This document shows positions 25,657-32,000 of a stretch of 32,000 bases of DNA, one piece after another. The notes under the pieces were generated by a model. That model searched no databases and was not told where the DNA came from. It worked only from the letters and a program-made list of their open reading frames with translations. The translations under genes and the position numbers were made by a program. The stretch comes from Clostridia bacterium. GTDB taxonomy: Bacteria > Bacillota > Clostridia > TANB77 > CAG-465. How positions within the stretch are numbered: position 1 is the first letter of the stretch; the number at the start of each line of letters is the position of its first letter. The stretch is taken from positions 38,994 to 70,993 of the forward strand of contig JAZSNU010000003.1 in NCBI GenBank assembly GCA_045536565.1. The letters are read 5' to 3'.

Positions 25657-26421
25657 ATGATACATATAAAATCGGAAAAAGAAATTGAACTAATGAGACA
25701 AAGTGCAGAAGTTATGAAAAAAGTTTTAAAAGCAATAAAAGAAGAAATTAAAGAAGGAGTAACCACTTCATATCTAGATTTTGTTGCTGAAAAGGTAATG
25801 AAAGAAAATGGTGCTACTCCATCGTTTAGAGGAGTAGAGTGTCCATATAGAGGAGGCAAAACATACACACATGCAATATGCGTATCAGTAAATGATGAAA
25901 TAATACATGGAATACCATCAGGAAGAGTACTAAAAAACGGAGATGTGGTATCGGTTGATGTTGGTGTATACAAAAATGGTTTTCACTCTGATGCCGGAAG
26001 AACATTTATTGTAGGTGAAGGAAGTAAAATTGCTAAGAAATTAGTACAGGTAACAGAAGCAGCATTTTTTGAAGGAGTAGCACAGGCAGTACCTGGAAAT
26101 AGAATAGGTGATATATCAAACGCTATTCAAACATATGTAGAAAAAGCAGGATTTAATCTTCTTCGTGAGTTCCAAGGTCATGGTATAGGAAGAGAAATGC
26201 ATGAGGATCCTGGTGTGCCAAATATAGGTAAAAAAGGAAGAGGTGAAAGACTACAAAAAGGCATGGCTCTTGCCATTGAACCTATGGTTACAGAGGGAAG
26301 TGCAGATGTATATGTTGCAAAAGATAAATGGACTATAAAAACACAAGATGGTAAACTTACAGCATATTATGAAAATACGATAGTTATAACAGATGGTGAG
26401 CCGGAAATACTAACACTATAA
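25657..26421 (+). CDS. map: Methionine aminopeptidase type I
   Basis: IHIKSEKEIELMRQS, HGIPS, DVGVYKNGFHSDAGRTF, GHGIGREMHE, LAIEPM, YENTIVIT. Confidence 0.95.
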   Translation: MIHIKSEKEIELMRQSAEVMKKVLKAIKEEIKEGVTTSYLDFVAEKVMKENGATPSFRGVECPYRGGKTYTHAICVSVNDEIIHGIPSGRVLKNGDVVSVDVGVYKNGFHSDAGRTFIVGEGSKIAKKLVQVTEAAFFEGVAQAVPGNRIGDISNAIQTYVEKAGFNLLREFQGHGIGREMHEDPGVPNIGKKGRGERLQKGMALAIEPMVTEGSADVYVAKDKWTIKTQDGKLTAYYENTIVITDGEPEILTL

Positions 26422-26498
26422 CATAAATAATACACAAATTATTAATAGATGAGTTAATAATTTGGTTGTTTTTCATAGCAATATCAAAATAACAAGTG

Positions 26499-26528
26499 TT
26501 GACAATTTTTGCCTTTTTAGTGTAACAT
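26499..26528 (+). promoter_or_regulatory. Sigma-A promoter of the inserted membrane-protein gene
   Basis: TTGACA (26499-26504), 18-nt spacer, TAACAT (26523-26528). Confidence 0.55.
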
Positions 26529-26552
26529 ATATACGGAAAAGAGGTGAAAAAT

Positions 26553-27242
26553 ATGGAAAATGAAAATGTTGGTGGAGAAGTAAATAACATATCAGTAGAA
26601 GAAAAATCAAAAAGCTCTGATAAAAAAATGATTGTTAAAATAGTAGTAGGAGTATTAATATTTTTAGCATTAATTGGTATAGCAGGTTTCTTGTTTGTGC
26701 GTTCTATGATGTCAAATGCAGTAGACTCAATAGTTGGCTTAGGAACATCACTTGTAGATGATGCTATGGATAATTCATCTGATATAGCAAATCAAGTACA
26801 AAGCAATATAAAAGATACTGCAACATCAATTAAAAATTCTGCTAATACCAAAACTGCTATAACAGCAGATACATTCGCTGAAATAATGCAACAAAAAGGT
26901 TATGAAGTTGGTGATGTTACTATTCAATTTGCTCAATATGGTGATTATATGAAAAAAGCATATGGTGCTAGAACAAGTACTCACCAAATAGAATTTTACG
27001 AATTATCTACTGTGGCAAATGCAATGGATATGTATAATACTAATAAAAACATATTTGAAAGTCAAAAAGGTGGTACATCATCGTATTCTACTGTAAGCAA
27101 AGGTAATTACAATACATATACTTTAACAACAAATGGAAAATATAAATATATATGTAGAGTAGATAATACATTTATATATATGGATGTTGCAGAGGAATAC
27201 AAAGATGTAGTAAAAAATATTGTAAGTGAATTAGGATATTAA
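26553..27242 (+). CDS. Membrane-anchored hypothetical protein (229 aa)
   Basis: ATG 26553 lies 8 nt after AAGAGG; the ORF track starts at GTG 26544. One TM helix (IVKIVVGVLIFLALIGIAGFLFV) is followed by a Ser/Asn/Thr-rich linker and a ~130-aa globular C-terminal domain. I could not assign a family. Confidence 0.6.
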   Translation: MENENVGGEVNNISVEEKSKSSDKKMIVKIVVGVLIFLALIGIAGFLFVRSMMSNAVDSIVGLGTSLVDDAMDNSSDIANQVQSNIKDTATSIKNSANTKTAITADTFAEIMQQKGYEVGDVTIQFAQYGDYMKKAYGARTSTHQIEFYELSTVANAMDMYNTNKNIFESQKGGTSSYSTVSKGNYNTYTLTTNGKYKYICRVDNTFIYMDVAEEYKDVVKNIVSELGY

Positions 27243-27345
27243 TGATAGAATAATATAAAAATAGTATATAATTTTATATTTATAAAAACAAAATAATATG
27301 TAGTCTAAAAATTACATAAAATAGCCCAAAAGTTAACAAAAACAG

Positions 27346-27374
27346 TTGACTTTGGGCTGTTTTTGTTTTATAAT
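27346..27374 (+). promoter_or_regulatory. Sigma-A promoter upstream of infA, overlapping the terminator hairpin of the preceding gene
   Basis: TTGACT (27346-27351), 17-nt spacer, TATAAT (27369-27374). A hairpin agcccaa / ttgggct (27323-27358) followed by GTTTTTGTTTT overlaps it. Confidence 0.65.
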
Positions 27375-27448
27375 AAACATGTTAGACTGTGGTATTTTGC
27401 CTGCGTGGTAAAATACATTGTACTATATAGTTATATTGGGAGGAAAAT

Positions 27449-27667
27449 ATGGCAAAAGATGATGTTATAGAAGTTGATGGAGTAGTAACAGAAGCACTAC
27501 CTAATGCTACATTTAAAGTAGAATTAGAAAACGGACATCAAGTATTAGCTCATATATCTGGTAAATTAAGAATGCATTATATTAAAATATTACCAGGTGA
27601 TAAAGTAAAACTAGAATTATCAACTTATGATTTACAAAAAGGTAGAATCATTTGGAGAGATAAATAA
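27449..27667 (+). CDS. infA: Translation initiation factor IF-1
   Basis: [53 protein letters not shown]. Confidence 0.97.
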   Translation: MAKDDVIEVDGVVTEALPNATFKVELENGHQVLAHISGKLRMHYIKILPGDKVKLELSTYDLQKGRIIWRDK

Positions 27668-27794
27668 TTAATTTGCTTAAAACAAAAAACGGGAGCGGCT
27701 GTTGAGATAAATGTGTACAATCTCAATTTCTTAGTTTTTGTTTTATATATATAATCATACGCAAAGTAGATAGGAATTTTTAAGGAGGATAACT

Positions 27795-27908
27795 ATGAAA
27801 GTAAGACCATCTGTAAAAAAGATTTGCGAAAAATGTAAAGTTATTAAAAGAGCAGGTGTGGTTAGGGTAATATGCGAAAATCCTAAACACAAGCAAAGAC
27901 AAGGTTAA
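27795..27908 (+). CDS. rpmJ: 50S ribosomal protein L36 (zinc type, 37 aa)
   Basis: Not in the ORF track because it is shorter than 60 aa. The ATG follows AAGGAGG. It translates to [37 protein letters not shown]. Confidence 0.95.
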   Translation: MKVRPSVKKICEKCKVIKRAGVVRVICENPKHKQRQG

Positions 27909-27922
27909 GGGGGTAATTTAAA

Positions 27923-28294
27923 GTGGCAAGAATAGCAGGAATAGACTTACCTAAAAACAAAAAAGTAGAAATAGGTTTAACTTATATCTACGGTATTGGT
28001 AGAACTTCTTCATTAAAAATATTAGAAGAAGCTAAAATTGATTTATCAAAAAGAATCAAAGATTTAACTGATGATGAAGTAGCTAAAATAAGAGCTATAA
28101 TCGATAGAGATTATACAGTTGAAGGCGACCTTAAAAGAGAAGTTTCTTTAAATATTAAGAGACTTATGGAAATAAACTGTTTTAGAGGACAAAGACATAA
28201 GAGAAAATTACCAGTCAGAGGTCAAAGAACAAAAACTAACGCAAGAACAAGAAAAGGCCCAAGAAAAGTTGTGGCTGGAAAGAAGGGGGTATAG
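27923..28294 (+). CDS. rpsM: 30S ribosomal protein S13
   Basis: GTG start. [39 protein letters not shown]. Confidence 0.97.
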   Translation: MARIAGIDLPKNKKVEIGLTYIYGIGRTSSLKILEEAKIDLSKRIKDLTDDEVAKIRAIIDRDYTVEGDLKREVSLNIKRLMEINCFRGQRHKRKLPVRGQRTKTNARTRKGPRKVVAGKKGV

Positions 28295-28297
28295 TAA

Positions 28298-28690
28298 ATG
28301 GCACCTAGAAAGAAAACAACAACAAAAAGAAAAGTTAAAAAGAATGTACCAAATGGTGTTGCTCACATACACTCATCTTTTAACAATACTATTGTTACAA
28401 TGAGTGATGAAAACGGAAATGTTTTATCATGGGCAAGTGCTGGAGGACTTGGATTTAAAGGTTCAAGAAAAAATACTCCATTCGCTGCATCAGAAGCAGC
28501 AACAGTTGCAGCAAATGCAGCTAAAGAACATGGTTTAAAATCAGTTCAAGTATATATAAAAGGGCCTGGAGCAGGTAGAGAAGCAGCTATAAGAGCACTT
28601 CAAACTGCTGGACTTGAAATCAGTATGATTAAAGATGTAAGTCCAATACCACACAATGGTTGCAGACCACCAAAGAGAAGAAGAGTTTAA
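28298..28690 (+). CDS. rpsK: 30S ribosomal protein S11
   Basis: [50 protein letters not shown]. Confidence 0.97.
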   Translation: MAPRKKTTTKRKVKKNVPNGVAHIHSSFNNTIVTMSDENGNVLSWASAGGLGFKGSRKNTPFAASEAATVAANAAKEHGLKSVQVYIKGPGAGREAAIRALQTAGLEISMIKDVSPIPHNGCRPPKRRRV

Positions 28691-28706
28691 TCGGGGGTGA
28701 AGATAA

Positions 28707-29336
28707 ATGGCAAGATATACTGACGCACTATGCAAAAAATGCAGAAGAGAAGGTGCTAAATTATTCCTTAAGGGGGAAAGATGTAATACAGGTAAATGTG
28801 CTATCGAAAGAAGAGCTTATGCACCTGGACAACATGGAAAAAACAAATCTAAATTATCTGAATATGGTCTTCAACTTCGTGCAAAACAAAAAACAAAGAC
28901 ATATTACAGAGTATCAGAATCACAATTTAGAAAATATTATGAAAAAGCATTCGCAAGTAAAGGAGTTACTTCTGAAGTATTATTCCAATACTTAGAAACA
29001 AGATTAGATAATGTAGCATACAGAATGGGACTTGGAGCTTCAAGAGCAGAAGCAAGACAATTAGTTAGCTATGGAATGCTTGAAGTAAATGGTAAAAAAG
29101 TTAATATCCCATCATACATCGTAAGAGTTGGGGATGTTATAAAAATAAGAGACGCTAAAAAAGACAATAACGCTGTTAAGGTAGCTTTAGAAAAAACAGC
29201 TTCTAGAAATATCCCAGCATGGATGGAAGCAAATAAAGAAAGAACAGAAGTTAAAATCTTAAGATTACCTGCAAGAGAAGAAGTAGATTTAGATGTACAA
29301 GAAAACTTAATTATTGAGTTATACTCTAAGAACTAA
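28707..29336 (+). CDS. rpsD: 30S ribosomal protein S4
   Basis: MARYTDALCKKCRREGAKLFLKGERC, YGLQLRAKQK, S4 domain LDNVAYRMGLGASRAEARQLV. Confidence 0.97.
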   Translation: MARYTDALCKKCRREGAKLFLKGERCNTGKCAIERRAYAPGQHGKNKSKLSEYGLQLRAKQKTKTYYRVSESQFRKYYEKAFASKGVTSEVLFQYLETRLDNVAYRMGLGASRAEARQLVSYGMLEVNGKKVNIPSYIVRVGDVIKIRDAKKDNNAVKVALEKTASRNIPAWMEANKERTEVKILRLPAREEVDLDVQENLIIELYSKN

Positions 29337-29392
29337 TAAAAATCATTTGTTTATAATACGTGTAATCAGAGCGTATTAGAAGGAGGATAAAA

Positions 29393-30340
29393 ATGGTTGA
29401 AATGAAGAGACCAAATATTAATTGTGTTGAAATTGATGTTGACACATATTATGCGAGGTTTGAGGTAGAGCCTTTAGAAAGAGGGTTCGGAATTACTTTA
29501 GGAAACTCATTAAGGAGAATACTACTATCATCTTTACCAGGTTATGCAATTAACACTGTAAAAATAGCAAATGTAGCTCATGAGTTTTCAACTATCACAG
29601 GAGTTACAGAAGATGTTACAGATTTAATGCTTAACTTAAAACAAGTTTGTATCAAAGCAGAAGGCGAAGATATGAAAGAACTTAAAATTGATGTTAAGGG
29701 GCCTTGTGAAGTTACAGCAGCTGACATCATCGGTGATTCAACAGTTGAAATCATCAATAAAGATTTACATATTGCATATGTTGATGAAGGCGGAGAACTT
29801 AAAGCAGATATGACTGCTATAAGAGGTAGAGGTTATACACCAGGAAATGTTAATAAAGCAGAAAGTGGTGTTGTAAATACTCTTCCAATAGATTCAATAT
29901 TTACACCAGTTAAAAAAGCAAACTTTACTGTTGAAAAAACAAGAGTTGGTCAAGATATAGATTACGACAAATTAACATTAGAGATTTGGACAAATGGTGT
30001 AATCGAGCCATATGAAGCATTATCTATGGCAGCAAGAATATTAGACGAACATTTAGAACTATTTATAGATTTATCTGAAATAGCTAAAAACATGTCTATA
30101 ATGTCTCAAAAAGAATTATCTGAAAGAGATAAAATGTTAGAAACAGCAATTGAAGAATTAGAATTTTCAGTAAGATCATATAACTGTTTAAAAAGAGCAG
30201 GTATACACACTGTTGGTGATATAGTTGCTAGAACAGAACATGATATGATGAAAGTTAGAAATTTAGGAAAGAAATCATTAGATGAAGTTATAAACAAAGT
30301 AAAATCACTTGGTTTACAATTTAAAACTATTGAAGAGTAG
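29393..30340 (+). CDS. rpoA: DNA-directed RNA polymerase subunit alpha
   Basis: FEVEPLERGFGITLGNSLRRILLSSLPG, and C-terminal domain LEFSVRSYNCLKRAGIHTVGDIV. Confidence 0.97.
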   Translation: MVEMKRPNINCVEIDVDTYYARFEVEPLERGFGITLGNSLRRILLSSLPGYAINTVKIANVAHEFSTITGVTEDVTDLMLNLKQVCIKAEGEDMKELKIDVKGPCEVTAADIIGDSTVEIINKDLHIAYVDEGGELKADMTAIRGRGYTPGNVNKAESGVVNTLPIDSIFTPVKKANFTVEKTRVGQDIDYDKLTLEIWTNGVIEPYEALSMAARILDEHLELFIDLSEIAKNMSIMSQKELSERDKMLETAIEELEFSVRSYNCLKRAGIHTVGDIVARTEHDMMKVRNLGKKSLDEVINKVKSLGLQFKTIEE

Positions 30341-30352
30341 GAGGAATTTAAA

Positions 30353-30877
30353 ATGCCTAAAACAAATAGACTATCAAGAACAGAATCACAAAGAAATGCA
30401 CTATTAAAAGGGCTAGTTACAAGTCTTATCTTAAATGGTAGAGTTGAAACTACTCTTGCTAAAGCTAAAGCTCTTAAACCTTTAGCAGATAGCATAGTTA
30501 GTCTTGCAATAGCAGAAAAAGATAACGTTGTTGAAAAAGAAAAAACAATTTCAAGTGCAAAACTTGATAAAAACGGTAAAAAAGTTAAAGTTGAAAAAAC
30601 ATCTAAAAACGGTAAAAAATATGAAGTTATAGAGAGAGAAATTAAGAAAGTAACTGTTAAAGTTGACGCTCCATCTAAACTTGCAGCTAGAAAGAAAATG
30701 TTTAAATTAATCAACAAAATAAAAGACAATAATGGAAAAACTATTGATTTAACAGATAAATTATTCGATGAAATCGCACCAAAATATGAAGCAAACAAAG
30801 GTGGTTATACTAGAATAACTAAATTAGTTGCTAGAAAAGGTGACGGTGCTGAAATGGCAGTTGTTGAATTAATATAA
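30353..30877 (+). CDS. rplQ: 50S ribosomal protein L17 (174 aa, with a ~45-aa Lys-rich internal insertion)
   Basis: [29 protein letters not shown] at the N-terminus and [25 protein letters not shown] at the C-terminus. Confidence 0.93.
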   Translation: MPKTNRLSRTESQRNALLKGLVTSLILNGRVETTLAKAKALKPLADSIVSLAIAEKDNVVEKEKTISSAKLDKNGKKVKVEKTSKNGKKYEVIEREIKKVTVKVDAPSKLAARKKMFKLINKIKDNNGKTIDLTDKLFDEIAPKYEANKGGYTRITKLVARKGDGAEMAVVELI

Positions 30878-30896
30878 TTAACATTGTAAAACAAAG

Positions 30897-30927
30897 AAAC
30901 GGAATCAATTAAGATTCCGTTTTTTTT
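30897..30927 (+). terminator. Terminator of the alpha operon
   Basis: 10-bp stem aaacggaatc / gattccgttt, followed by a T-run. Confidence 0.85.
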
Positions 30928-30930
30928 GTA

Positions 30931-31098
30931 TTAAAATAATGTGTTGGCAATTTTTGTTACAATCACCATAATGGCGAAGCCTATAACACTTGCAATTGTA
31001 GCAAATCCCCAATTCTCTTTCTTAGATGCTAGCCAAGTTGCAAGACATATCAAGGTTACAAGGGCAAGTATAATTGCTATAATTTTAGCTAAAATCAT
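30931..31098 (-). CDS. Unannotated 55-aa two-TM membrane peptide
   Basis: Below the ORF-track size cutoff. On the minus strand AAGGAG is followed by 9 nt and then ATG (31098). It translates to MILAKIIAIILALVTLICLATWLASKKENWGFATIASVIGFAIMVIVTKIANTLF. The + strand ORF 30941-31126 is its shadow. Confidence 0.6.
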   Translation of the reverse strand: MILAKIIAIILALVTLICLATWLASKKENWGFATIASVIGFAIMVIVTKIANTLF

Positions 31099-31122
31099 GT
31101 TACATCACTCCTTAAATTTTTA

Positions 31123-31290
31123 TTAGAAACTTGAAATTATAGTACATATAGTTCCTATGGCTAAAAATATCAGTGGCCATGGGTGCTTGGAATTGATTTT
31201 AATGGTATCTGTGTTTTTGTCTAAATTGATAAATAAAGATATCCATACTAGAATTAAAGTGACAACACCAATAGTTTTTACTACAATCAT
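31123..31290 (-). CDS. Unannotated 55-aa two-TM membrane peptide
   Basis: On the minus strand TAGGAGG is followed by 7 nt and then ATG (31290). It translates to MIVVKTIGVVTLILVWISLFINLDKNTDTIKINSKHPWPLIFLAIGTICTIISSF. It lies directly upstream of the other 55-aa ORF. Confidence 0.6.
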   Translation of the reverse strand: MIVVKTIGVVTLILVWISLFINLDKNTDTIKINSKHPWPLIFLAIGTICTIISSF

Positions 31291-31394
31291 AAAAAAACCT
31301 CCTAAAAAAGTATAATTATATATTTTATTTTTTACATTAATACATTACTATTATACCATAGTTAACATAAAATATCAAGCATACACTAGTATAC

Positions 31395-31422
31395 TTGATA
31401 TTTTAGTAAAAAAGAGTATAAT
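31395..31422 (+). promoter_or_regulatory. Sigma-A promoter of trmL
   Basis: TTGATA (31395-31400), 16-nt spacer, TATAAT (31417-31422). Confidence 0.55.
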
Positions 31423-31457
31423 AATTAATATAATTTAAATATTATGGAGATGTTAAA

Positions 31458-31955
31458 ATGAAACTTAATATAGTATTGGTGGAACCTGAAATACCACAAA
31501 ACACAGGAAATATAGCAAGAACTTGTGCGGCGATAGGAGCGAAACTGCATTTAGTGCATCCGCTTGGTTTTGATATATCTGAAAAACAAGTTAAAAGAGC
31601 GGGACTAGATTACTGGGATAAATTAGATATAGAAGAACATGAAAGTTTAGATAAGTTTTTGGAAAAGTATGATATAAATAAACAAGATATGTATTTAGTA
31701 TCAACAAAAGCAACACATGTATATAGTGATGTGAATTATTCAAATAAGGATGAAATATTTTTGCTTTTTGGAAAAGAAACAAAGGGACTACCAGAAAGTC
31801 TTTTAAAATCGAATTTGGAAAAAACAATTCGTATTCCTATGGGATATAATATTCGTTCTTTAAATCTTTCTAATTCTGTTGCGATAGTAGCATATGAAGT
31901 AATGAAACAATGTAATTTTGATGGTTTACAAGAAACAAGTGAATATTTATTATAA
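31458..31955 (+). CDS. trmL: tRNA (cytidine/uridine-34 2'-O)-methyltransferase, SpoU/TrmL family
   Basis: LNIVLVEPEIPQNTGNIARTCAAIGAKLHLVHPLGF, FGKETKGLPE, IRIPM...RSLNLSNSVAIVAYE. Confidence 0.88.
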   Translation: MKLNIVLVEPEIPQNTGNIARTCAAIGAKLHLVHPLGFDISEKQVKRAGLDYWDKLDIEEHESLDKFLEKYDINKQDMYLVSTKATHVYSDVNYSNKDEIFLLFGKETKGLPESLLKSNLEKTIRIPMGYNIRSLNLSNSVAIVAYEVMKQCNFDGLQETSEYLL

Positions 31956-31956
31956 C

Positions 31957-31993
31957 AAAACAAACATGCTAAATATTACAGCATGTTTGTTTT
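31957..31993 (+). terminator. Rho-independent terminator after trmL
   Basis: 14-bp perfect stem aaaacaaacatgct / agcatgtttgtttt ending in a T-run. Confidence 0.85.
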
Positions 31994-32000
31994 ATCATTA

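Noticed and set aside
27668-27794. Full terminator between infA and rpmJ
   Set aside because: There is an A/T-rich hairpin (AAAACAAAAAAC ... GTTTTTGTTTT enclosing TTGAGAT / TCTCAA). The U-run is part of the stem, and rpmJ-rpsM must still be expressed. It is more likely an attenuating or processing structure, so I did not call it a terminator.
28660-28995. 111-aa + strand ORF overlapping rpsK/rpsD
   Set aside because: It lies out of frame within the unambiguous S4 gene and has no independent translation signals.
30106-30798. 230-aa antisense ORF across rpoA/rplQ, and similar long antisense ORFs (3540-4169, 13398-13832, 19247-19606, 19834-20205, 12912-13238, 16304-16606)
   Set aside because: These are low-complexity Ser/Phe/Leu/Ile-rich translations opposite highly conserved genes. 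They are typical shadow ORFs of purine-rich, AT-rich coding strands.
30941-31126. + strand 61-aa ORF from the track
   Set aside because: It has no SD, and it is the antisense shadow of a minus-strand 55-aa ORF that has a strong SD and a clean two-TM organisation.
1-32000. CRISPR arrays, rRNA/tRNA genes, IS elements, transposases or integrases
   Set aside because: I found no regularly spaced direct repeats, no rRNA- or tRNA-like sequences, and no transposase or integrase motifs in any ORF.

Overview
AT-rich, Clostridia-like Firmicute chromosomal window. The + strand backbone is: 3' end of yabG, a small orphan gene, an ABC ATPase plus an ABC-2 permease::CPBP protease fusion, rpsT (minus strand), a tmk-like/thyA/folA thymidylate cluster, the S10-spc-alpha ribosomal superoperon (rpsJ to rplQ, with secY, adk, map, infA, rpmJ, rpoA), two unannotated 55-aa membrane peptides (minus strand), and trmL. 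Three accessory insertions interrupt this backbone. (i) A ~3.7 kb, mostly minus-strand island (about 7.2-10.9 kb) lies between folA and the rpsJ promoter. (ii) A 3.5 kb four-gene block lies between secY and adk: a WG-repeat protein, a membrane-anchored protein, a tandem DUF488 protein and an unknown 188-aa protein. (iii) A single membrane-anchored gene lies between map and infA. The best candidate for an undescribed system is in island (i). It is a compact retron/UG-like reverse transcriptase (7528-8631, minus) in its own promoter-to-terminator unit. Its 5' leader is only ~50 nt, and a ~270 nt highly structured non-coding region follows the stop codon. That region contains nested 10-bp and 11-bp helices, tandem 8-mers, and an unexpected 73-codon stop-free frame in the RT sense. 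No recognisable effector is encoded in the unit. Its neighbours are four paralogous small proteins built from six copies of a ~50-aa module, and a frameshifted Fic gene. All family assignments come from motif recognition by eye; no database search was run.
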